A stretch of DNA of 64,000 nt, taken from positions 8,894,468-8,958,467 of the forward strand of contig CAVNZM010000004.1 of NCBI GenBank assembly GCA_963693365.1, in the 5' to 3' direction. The DNA comes from Amoebidium appalachense. Its lineage: Eukaryota > Protista > Ichthyosporea. The translations under genes were made by a program, and so were the position numbers. Shown here piece after piece: positions 54,442 to 64,000 of this stretch (positions are counted from its first letter, which is position 1; each line of letters starts with the position of its first letter). Under the pieces are notes generated by a model. That model had not been told where the DNA came from. It was given only the letters and a program-made list of their open reading frames with translations, and ran no database searches.

Positions 54442-55892
54442 CAACACCACCACCACCACCCACCATCATCACCACCACCACCACCAACACACACACACCC
54501 TTCTACCTTTCGCCTGGATGACTTGGACCCCTCAAAATAGGTTCTACTTGTGTTACACGAGTCAGTTTGTGTACAGCGTTGTGCCAGTCAGAGCCCCCTT
54601 TGATGGCTACACATCAAGATGATTGACGGTATCCAATTAAATTTTATGTCGCATTAGGCCTACTGTTCCCCACCAATGACAGCCAATCGCTTCTCATCAT
54701 ATCAAACAGTCTTATATTTATCCACCATTTTCAGCTCTCCGATTTCCAAACTACGGCAAAGCACCAATGACATCTGACGATTGATTACTATATTAGGTGA
54801 GATTCTTGAGCAGCTGTACCACGCCAACAAGGTTGAACACATCCGCAATGTCGTATTTATGGGCATGGGTGAGCCTCTGGACAACTATGATGCCGTTATT
54901 GGAGCAGTGAGGGCCATGACTGACACCAGGAGGTACGTGTAGTTTCCGGGTTTAGCTGTGCCCAAAATGCGAACCATGTTTTTTTTTTTGTGCGTGTGTG
55001 TACGTGTGGTGGTGGTGGGAGTGGGGGGGGGGGGGGGGGGGGGGGGGGAAGGGGGGAGGAAGAGGGAGGGGCGGGAGAATAGAGAGGGGGGAGGGGGTTT
55101 CGGGGTATGTGTGGGTGTGGGTGTGGGTGCAGTCCGGCCTATGACACACACTAGGAGGTTTGTGTGGTTTTGTAGGTGTGGGTGTGGGAAATGTTCATCA
55201 TGTTTGTGTTGGGGGGTGGGGTGGAGGGTGAGGGGGTTGGGTTGGATGGGGGGGTGGGGAGGGAGGGAGGGGTGGAGGGGTGAAGAAGGGGGGAGGGGGG
55301 GGGGGGGGGGGGGGGGGGCGCTGAGGTATGTGTCGGTGTGGGCTTGGGTGCAGTCAGGGCTATGACAGATACTATATTAGGTTTGTGCAGTTTTGTGGGT
55401 TTGGGTGTGGAAATGTGCACCGTGTTTGTGTGTGCGCCGGGGGGAGGGGGGGATATGCTTGTGTGCGCACGTTGAGGTGATGGGGAGGGGTCCGGCGGGG
55501 GGGGGGGGGGGGGGGGGGGGGGGAGTGCGTGTGGTCGTCTTTCAGCCTGGAGAGGAACGGGTCATGGAGGGGCCGCTAACTTCTTTCTTTTTCCTTTTTT
55601 TCTCTTTTGCCCTTTTTTCCCCTCCTTGTTTTTCCCCTTTTGTATTACTTCTCCATGTTTTCTCATTTTTTTCGTTTTGTTTTCCGGTATTTCCCCTTGG
55701 CATTGGTGTGCAGGTGGGGCATGGCCACTACGCGCATATCAATCTCTACAGTCGGGGTGGTCCCCAGAATATACAAGGTGTGTACACGTGCACACGCATG
55801 GTCTGTGTGTGTGCACAGGCATGTGCATGCGCCTCCCGACACACACGCACACATTGCACACACATGCATACACACATGCACACGCACACGCA

Positions 55893-55941
<49 letters not shown>

Positions 55942-56102
55942 ACACACACACATGCACACACACACACACACATGCACACACACACAAACACAAATACAAT
56001 CTTTAATCGGGACTGCCGTCCTTCTCCCCCCCCCCCGCCACCTTCCCCTTTGGCACCCCGTTCCTACCTTGCTTTCACACCCCTCAGCGCAATCATGTCA
56101 AT

Positions 56103-56161
<59 letters not shown>

Positions 56162-56175
56162 CCCCCCCCCCTCCC

Positions 56176-56208
<33 letters not shown>

Positions 56209-56754
56209 TGCTCCTCTTACTCCCTTTCGCTTGTTCCCCCCCCCCCCCCCCCTCCCTCCCCTCCCCCCTTGCCCCTACCTCTTCTTCTCTGTCATTACAT
56301 ACCTCTGACATCCCCCTCCCCCCCCCCCCCTCCCCTCCCCTCCCCACCAAAAAAAAGAAAAAGAAAAAAAGCACCTTTCTGTGGTCGTTGGGTGTGTATC
56401 TCTAACATACCTCCCCCCCCCCCCCCCCCCTCCCCTTTAGCTCATGGAGGATGCACCTGAGATCAGCCTGGCCCTGTCCCTTCATGCGCCCAACCAGGAT
56501 CTGAGGTGCCGCATCGTGCCCTCATCAAAGGCATGGCACATCGACAGGATCATGGAGGCCATGGATGCTTATATAGACGTGAGCATATAGCCCCTCCGCT
56601 CCCCCCCCCCCTCTCTTCCCCTCACACACACAAGCGCACGCACACACACTCGCACACGCACACGCGCGCACACACACACTTGCACAAACACACACACTCA
56701 CACACACACGGGCAAGCAATGCTTGAACACATTGAGCAGTCACACCCACACCCA

Positions 56755-56793
<39 letters not shown>

Positions 56794-56832
56794 GCAGGCA
56801 GTGCTTGAACACATTGAGCAGTCACACACATC

Positions 56833-56863
<31 letters not shown>

Positions 56864-57064
56864 GGGCAGGCAGTGCTTGAACACATTGAGCAGTCACACA
56901 CATCCACACACGACACACACACACACACACACACACACGGGCAGGCAGTGCTTGAACACATTGAGCAGTCACACACATCCACACACGCACATGCATACCG
57001 GTACATGTTTCACAAGTCTTGCATCTCACGCATGTAGTTTTCTATTCCACTGACCCCCCCCCCC

Positions 57065-57095
<31 letters not shown>

Positions 57096-57180
57096 ACACC
57101 CCACCTCACCCACCCCACCCTACCCCCACCCCCCACCCTGGCCCCCCTTGGCTGTCTCTCTAGATTCACAGGGACGGACG

Positions 57181-57247
<67 letters not shown>

Positions 57248-58685
57248 TATACAGACATACATACATACACACAGAAGGCACCCACACTCACACAACACAC
57301 AACCCCCACACACGTGCACGTACACGCACACTTACACACACACACACACACGTACACACACAGAAACAAAACAGCGGCAAGGAGCGTAAGCGTCACGTGA
57401 TGGTCGAGTATGTTCTGATTGCTGACGTCAACGATACGGTCGACGTGGCCCGCCAGCTCGGAGCGCTGTTGCAAGGTCCGTGATATTAAAAATCAATTAT
57501 TTAAAATGCTATTTTACTATTGCATGCAGGCCCCAGGCCCCGGGCTAGAATAGGACAAGAGTAGGACAGGAATTATTCAAGTAAATGGGATGGTGAAGCA
57601 GGTAGGACTCTTTGAATTTGCTTTTTGCATGAGCTGTTAGGGCCTGTTTGGCAACGCGGAGTTACGAACTCCGGCGTAGACCGTATACGCCGGGTATCAA
57701 ATCAGTATCCAGATTCTGATTTGTAATCCGGATTTAGGTCAAAACCTGGCGTAGATACTAACCGCTCGTGCCAAACAGACAACACTTTTTTCAGCTGCAG
57801 CTTAGTTTATCAAGTCACATTGCGCAAGTTTTACGTTGATCGGAGTGCGCATACTTTGCACGTATATCATACCTAGGACTCAGTACTAATTTTTTTGTAG
57901 TGACTGTGCAGTGTCCCGTATGTATGTATTTGTATACACTGTAATGATACCATTTGCATATATAACAACATCAACGTTTCCGGTTGCAAAACCACTATGT
58001 ATTTAGCACGAAACATGGCCCTTTCGGCCGCAATTGCAGCAATTGCATTCTTTGCTTCCCCCTACAGGCATCCTGTCGGTTCAGACAATCTTGACCGATG
58101 TGCAAAAGATTGTCTAATGGTAAAAAAAAGGTTGCCTACAAGTTGGCCGCGTAGAGGAAGAATAGTTGAGGGGGGCTTGTTTTTATACGACCTACCACAC
58201 GTGGCCGGCTGTGTGTGGCTGGTCGCAGCCTGCGCTCGGGCTGTCGCAGGCTCACCAGCAAGCTGGCCATGCCGGTGACAACGTCGGACTTTCCGTTTGG
58301 CGTCTTTTCCACTTTAACTGTTTTTGGCTATATTGCACTGCCGCCAATTGGCCGATAGAGAAATTTAAAAAGGTCTCACGACATGAATTTTCATTGGTTT
58401 AGACCTTCACACGGCGTTCAATTTCGCGCATAATCCACCTCCGGAGGTGGATTATAGAAATTGGAGTACAAGCGATGTCCAAGGGGTTTGAAACCCGGCG
58501 TACACAGGCCCAGATTGGGCCGTCTGTTTGGCATCGCGGATTTCAGAAAATCCGCTTTAGCCCTAACTCCAAAATCGATCTTACTCCGGAGTATGGCCGC
58601 TAACTCCGCGTTGCCAAACAGGCCCTTAATGGTTGGGGTATGTGTGGGTGGGGGTGTTTTTTTTTTTCTTTATTTTTTTTTGGGT

Positions 58686-58718
<33 letters not shown>

Positions 58719-59731
58719 TGGGCACACATTCCTGATTGCATCAGCTATGTAAAGACCCTGTTGTTTTCCTACCTGTGCCCATGCGTGCGTGTTTGTGTGT
58801 GTGCATGTGTTTGCCTGTGAGTGTGTGTTTACGTATGTGCGTGTGTGTGTGTGTTGACCGTGAGGGTTGCAGGGAGGCAGGTGCTGCTCAACGTGATCCC
58901 ATACAACCCAACACTGGTGGAGGCAGACTACAAGGTGCGTGTGTGGGGAGGGGGGGAGGGGAAGGGAGGATTGCGAGTGCAGGTGGGGGTGTGAGGGCGG
59001 GGGGGGGGGGGGGGGGGGGAGGGGGGGGGAGGGAGGGAGGGGATCGTGTTTGTGTGTTGGACGTGGGCCTGGGTGTGGGCCTGGGCGCATTGGCTTGTGG
59101 GCGCATGGGTGGGCGGGCGCGTTTGCGGGTGAGCAGTCGGGCGGCCGGGCAGGTGGATGGGGCGTGCCTGCTCGTGCTGAGTGACTACCGTGCACATCGG
59201 TTCGTGCCTGCAAGTGTGCGTAGCTGCCTGCCTGTCTTTGAGCGTGTGCTTTTGCCTCTGTGGCCCCACATGTGCATGCGCTTGTACATGCGTGGGAGAA
59301 TGTTTTTGCACGGCATGTGTTGCGGTTTAGAGGTTGCACACTGGATCAATTTTAAGGTGTCGTGCAGGCACCGACGCGGGAATCCACGACGCTATTTATG
59401 GAAACGGTGCGCAGCTATGGGGTGCACACCTTAATTAGGCAGGAGCTGGGCCAGGATGTGAGCTCGGCATGCGGCCAGCTGGTGATTGATAACAGGTACG
59501 TACGTGTGTGTATGTGGGGGGGGGGGGGGGGGGGGAGAGGGGAGGAGGGGGGAAAGGGGAGGAGGGATATTGTGGGTGGGTGGGTGGGTGGGGGGGTGGG
59601 GGGGGGGGGGGGGGGGGGGGCAGAGGGATGGGTGATTGGGTGAATATGTGGGTGTGTGGGTGTGGATGTGTGTGTGCTTGGGTGGGTGTATGGGTGTGGG
59701 TGTGTTTGGGTGGGTGTATGTTCTTTTTTTT

Positions 59732-59785
<54 letters not shown>

Positions 59786-59963
59786 TGAGGAATGGAAACG
59801 GAAGATGCGGGTGGGGGACAGAGACAGGAAGGGAAAGAGGGGGAGAGAAAGGGATGGGGAGAAAGGATTTGTTATGCCAACTTAAGCGAGTTTGTCTGTC
59901 ATGTGTTCCAGTGAGGAGCTTATTATGGTGGTGGTGTATGTGTTTGTTTGTGTATGTGTGTGT

Positions 59964-59998
<35 letters not shown>

Positions 59999-60904
59999 AG
60001 AGAGGGATTGCGTGACCATTAAATTCATGGGATATGGAGTGAAAATGAGAAACACGTCACCCTTGTTAAGGTCGTCCCCCCTCCCCCCCCCCCTTCCCCC
60101 CGTCCCCCAAACAACAACAACAAAAAAAAGGGGCAGGGGGCGACGTTTTCACTAATATCTAATCTAGTCTACGGCGGGTCTCTCCTGGTTTCATAACACA
60201 ATGAAGCGTTTTAACCTGTACCCCCCTCCCCCTCGCCCCTCCCACATATGTCGCGGGCGCGGGCGCGCGCGCACACACACACCCACACACACACACACAC
60301 ACACACACAGTGGGTGCAGCAGCACGAAGGGCGGAGACAAAATCACACACGGAGACATTGAAGATCTAGTCCAAACGTCCACCCCTGCTCGTAGTCCGTC
60401 AACAAAAAGACCGGAAAAAGAAAAAATCGAGAGAAAGGAGAGGGAAGGAAAAACGAAGGCAGAGGAGCAAAAACCGGTGGTGGAAGGAACGGATTGGGGA
60501 CGTGTGTTGGGTAGGTTTGTGTTGGGTTTAGGAGGGGGAGAGTGTGGGTGGGTGGGTGGGTGGGTGGGTTGGTGAGTGTGGGTGTTGGTGGGTGTAGGTG
60601 GGGGTATGTGTGAGTGTGTGTGTCTGTGTGTGTGTCTATTCTGGGGGAGGAGGGGTGTTTCTGTTGGGCTTGGATTCTGCTTGGCACCCCACCCTGCCCG
60701 CGGCACCCCCTTCCCCAAACACATTCACACACTTTCTTTCTATATACACACACACACACACCGAGAGACGCACCATAATGCTTGAAAACTCACATAGGCA
60801 CAGAAAAGAAAAGCACACTCGGTTAACACACTCGTATGTCCACAGGCTATGTATTGGTGGCAGCATCAGTACTGTTGGTGGCACGTATGGGCCTCCGTCT
60901 GGCT
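51798..60904 (+). CDS. RlmN/Cfr-family radical SAM RNA methyltransferase, multi-exon
   Basis: Exons 51798-51913, 52857-52920, 53922-54246, 54797-54932, 55714-55777, 56441-56578, 57364-57475, 58873-58934, 59368-59495, 60311-60510, 60846-~60904. Motifs [17 protein letters not shown] (CxxxCxxC), [44 protein letters not shown]. Stop codon not resolved. Confidence 0.92.
56705..56992. repeat. Intronic minisatellite x4 with (CA)n spacers
   Basis: ACGGGCAGGCAGTGCTTGAACACATTGAGCAGTCACAC repeated four times. Confidence 0.9.
57640..58625. mobile_element. PIF/Harbinger (Tourist-like) non-autonomous element, 986 bp, in an intron of the RlmN-like gene
   Basis: Perfect 25-bp TIR GGGCCTGTTTGGCAACGCGGAGTTA (57640-57664 / 58601-58625); TTA target duplication (57637-57639, 58626-58628); additional subterminal inverted matches; no transposase ORF. 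Confidence 0.92.
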
Positions 60905-60914
60905 GTACGTGCCC

Positions 60915-60954
<40 letters not shown>

Positions 60955-60994
60955 TCCCCTCCCTCCCCACTCTCCCGGCTCCGCCCCTGTGGGT

Positions 60995-61105
60995 GGATGA
61001 CGTGGGCCCCACCTGCAGATGTGCTCTGCTTATTACATACTCTGTCTGTGTGGTTTGCACTTTGCATTGTGTCGTCCTTTGTGAATGTGTACTTCGCATA
61101 CTTTG
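60995..61105 (+). repeat. Dispersed ~150-bp repeat family, copy 2
   Basis: GATGACGTGGGCCCC...GATGTGCTCTGCTTATTACATACTCT...TGTGTACTTCG. Confidence 0.75.
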
Positions 61106-61464
61106 TCGCCCATTTACCCCCCCCCCCCCCCCCCCCCCCCTGCTGATGATGGGCTCTGCATTTGCACCCCTGGTGTGGCTTGTAGTTGCATTTTTTTTTT
61201 TTTTTTTCGTCGTCTGATCTCTCTGCTTCTATGCTTCTGATGCATACATTATCACTCAGCCTATCCTCCGGCACCGCCACCACCTGATCAACACCACTTC
61301 CACACAGACACACACACACATTCACGCACACACACCCACACACACACACACACACAAACACTCGGGCACCCACGTGTACAGTTACACCCGTACACCCGTG
61401 TATCGATCCACACATACCTGTGCACCACCTGCAACTTTTGATTCCGCCCCTCCCCCCCCCCTCC

Positions 61465-61500
<36 letters not shown>

Positions 61501-61814
61501 TAAAAAAAATACTAACACCTGCCAATGCCACAGGGACGCCAAACACGCTGAGATAGACAAGGGGCCGACAAGCAGTTTTTCTTGGACTTTTTCTCGAACT
61601 TTTAGACCTGCATGGGTGATTTTCATTGTTTTTGAAGATATGTAGGCCGGAAAATGGTTGCGGCGTGTATTTGCATGCATGTGTATGATGGGGTGTCTTT
61701 TTTCCTGTTTCTGGCTTTTTTCAATTTCCTTTCTTTTTTTCCTTCTTCTTCTTCTTCTTCTTTTTTTTTTTTTTTTCACCCTTTTTGGCAAGAGAAAGGG
61801 GGGAGGGGAGGAAA

Positions 61815-61855
<41 letters not shown>

Positions 61856-62822
61856 AGGTGCTGGTCACCAAAGAAAGAGAAACGTGCATATGCCACGATT
61901 GTTAGATATAGCCACGGACATGTACATGCAACTGAAAAAACGGCGTTACTTCTTCGTTTTCTTGTATATGGCACGACTCGCCATGATGCCTGTTTGGGAA
62001 AGTTTGCATATTCTGACTGTTTGGGTTTTTGGCATAGCACAAGTTGGTTGATATCGATACACACGATCTGAACATGAATAGGGGAGTGAAGTGGTGTGTT
62101 GCACATGCATGTACAATTAGGAAAGGGTGCATGCCCCTACATGTACCATAACGGAAAATGGCTTTTTTACGGGGTATTTACTGTTGGTTTAGGTCGAAAC
62201 CGGCTCGAACGGATCACCCATAGGTATATAGAAAGTGTGTAAAGTTCATTACGCATGTAAACATGAAAAACAGACGGGCTCACACTGACACTGGACATTA
62301 AGGTTGCACGGGAATAGGTAGCCTTCATATATATTATTTATGATGTAATGTGATGCAAGAATCAAGTGGGGATGTCGGTGCTATGATACACCATGACCCA
62401 TGTATCAGTCACCTAAAGAAACCAATTCTATTGAGAAACAAACAAATAAAATTGATGGGGCACACCCTTGCCTGATGATGATCATTATTATAAATCTCCT
62501 ACAATAGCAGTTAGAGAAGGTTAAAAGCTCGCAATTGAAATCAATTGCAAGCCGCTCTTACGCACTTGCACATGCACTCGGCGCATATGCTTCTGTTAGA
62601 CCCCCTGCGCTAGATATGATCGATCCGATCCCTCTTGCTCGAGCTCGAGTGCAAAGAAAATCTGAACATACAATGACGGTTTGTTTGCCGCAAAAAGAAC
62701 CAAGAATAGCCAAATGGTTTAAAATTAGATCGGACTATAACTTCGTGCACATGAGAGTAAATAAATAGCTATAGGTCAACAAACAAATAACCAAATAAAT
62801 GAATAAATCGAACATGTGCATA

Positions 62823-62957
62823 TCACATTTTGCTCTCGACTCTTCTCTGTGTCTCGATATACTCTTGGATTGCATTTCTCAGGTTGATGCTTGGTCGTAG
62901 GTCCTCAACACGTAGCCCTTGGTTGGTGAGGGGGTCCGTGCCCCGCATTTCTACGTG

Positions 62958-63037
<80 letters not shown>

Positions 63038-63373
63038 CGCGCGTGTGTGTGTGCCCACGCGCACGTGCGTGAGTGCGTTTGTGTGTGTGTGCGTGTGTGT
63101 GTGTGCCCACGCGCGCAACAGCAGGGATGTGTGGGTGGGAAAGGATGAGCAAAGCAAGAACGACAAAGTACATCAAGCCAGCCCCCTCCCCCCTCCCCCC
63201 TCCCCCCCCCCCCCCCCCCCGTTAACGAGGGGAATAGGTCGAAACTCGGGTACTGTCGATGACGTGGGCCCCCCCTGAGGATGGGCTCTGCTTATTATGG
63301 ATACTCTTTATGTATGGCTTGCATTCTGCATCGTGTTATCCGTTTGTTCTTGTGTACTTCGTACTTTTTGAAA

Positions 63374-63404
<31 letters not shown>

Positions 63405-63578
63405 AAAAAAAAAAAAAGAAGGAAGAAAGAAAAAAGAAACACAAAGGACCAAACCCAAAGTGCAAAGTGCAAGCAATCAAAACGAGAGATCCGAAAACCG
63501 ATGATGTGTCGCGATTGTGATTAGCAAAACACAAACCAGTTTGGTGCATGTTGAGCAACCCAAGAGTACAAACGAGTG

Positions 63579-63627
<49 letters not shown>

Positions 63628-64000
63628 TTGTGGTATGTGTGTGTGAGTGTGTGTGTGTGTGTGTGTGCACGCGCACGTGTGGTATGTGGTGTGGTGTGTG
63701 CGTGTTTGTGTCCGTGCGTGCGCGAACCCGCTTCGTGCGTGAGTGTGTGTGTAAAACCGTGCACACACACATATGTATAAACATGTAAGTGCTCGTGTGT
63801 GTTGAAAGAATACACCCCCTTTTCAGTTCCACACCGCGCCCCACACAGCGCCCAAACAAACACACTTATATAACTCCCACATTCTAACCACTTAAACTAA
63901 AAACATACCTTACAATAGCGCTTCTCTCATAGCAATGTCCATACGGTGTCTGCACGGGGTCGACCATTAACTCGTGTGTGATTGGGCAATAGAACGACGC
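62823..64000 (-). CDS. U-box E3 ubiquitin ligase, 3' end only (runs off the window)
   Basis: Exons >64000-63909 ([29 protein letters not shown]) and 62958-62823 ([16 protein letters not shown]...[14 protein letters not shown]) join through a GT-AG intron into a complete U-box. Confidence 0.9.
63237..63370 (+). repeat. Dispersed ~150-bp repeat family, copy 3
   Basis: GATGACGTGGGCCCC...GATGGGCTCTGCTTATTATGGATACTCT...TGTGTACTTCG. Confidence 0.75.

Noticed and set aside
56705-56992. CRISPR-like repeat-spacer pattern
   Set aside because: Spacers are only variable (CA)n; this is an intronic minisatellite in a eukaryotic gene.
51798-60904. Bacterial contamination or a cfr resistance gene
   Set aside because: The gene has ten GT-AG introns with host-type microsatellites; RlmN versus Cfr specificity cannot be assigned by eye.
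63237-63295. Hammerhead ribozyme (GAAAC...GTC and CTGAGGA motifs) in the dispersed repeat
   Set aside because: Stems I and II could not be formed convincingly and the core motifs are not conserved in the other copies; an Infernal search would settle it.

Overview
Eukaryotic nuclear DNA with spliceosomal introns packed with (CA)n/(TG)n, (GA)n and poly-C/poly-G tracts; most ORFs in the supplied track are artefacts of these repeats. Host genes: a bZIP transcription factor (-), beta-ureidopropionase UPB1 (+), an ABCB10/MDL1-type mitochondrial half ABC transporter (-), a divergent RlmN/Cfr-family radical SAM methyltransferase (+) and the 3' end of a U-box E3 ligase (-). The outstanding feature is a 6.37-kb AT-rich, microsatellite-free block (8387-14756) bounded by ~45-bp inverted termini. 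It carries intact mitochondrial rps13 and atp6 (TGA=Trp), a decayed group I intron core and a repeat array at one end. It looks like a whole linear mitochondrial mini-chromosome, of the kind known from the ichthyosporean Amoebidium, sitting end-to-end in a nuclear contig (recent NUMT or assembly chimera). The two mitochondrial genes share a 16-nt leader and switch codon usage after about 55 codons. Next to the block lie a foldback motif array and a disrupted intron-containing DDE-like transposase gene. A PIF/Harbinger-type MITE, a 39-bp hairpin element and a ~150-bp dispersed repeat family are also present. Organism identity is inferred, not shown, and homopolymer lengths are probably unreliable.
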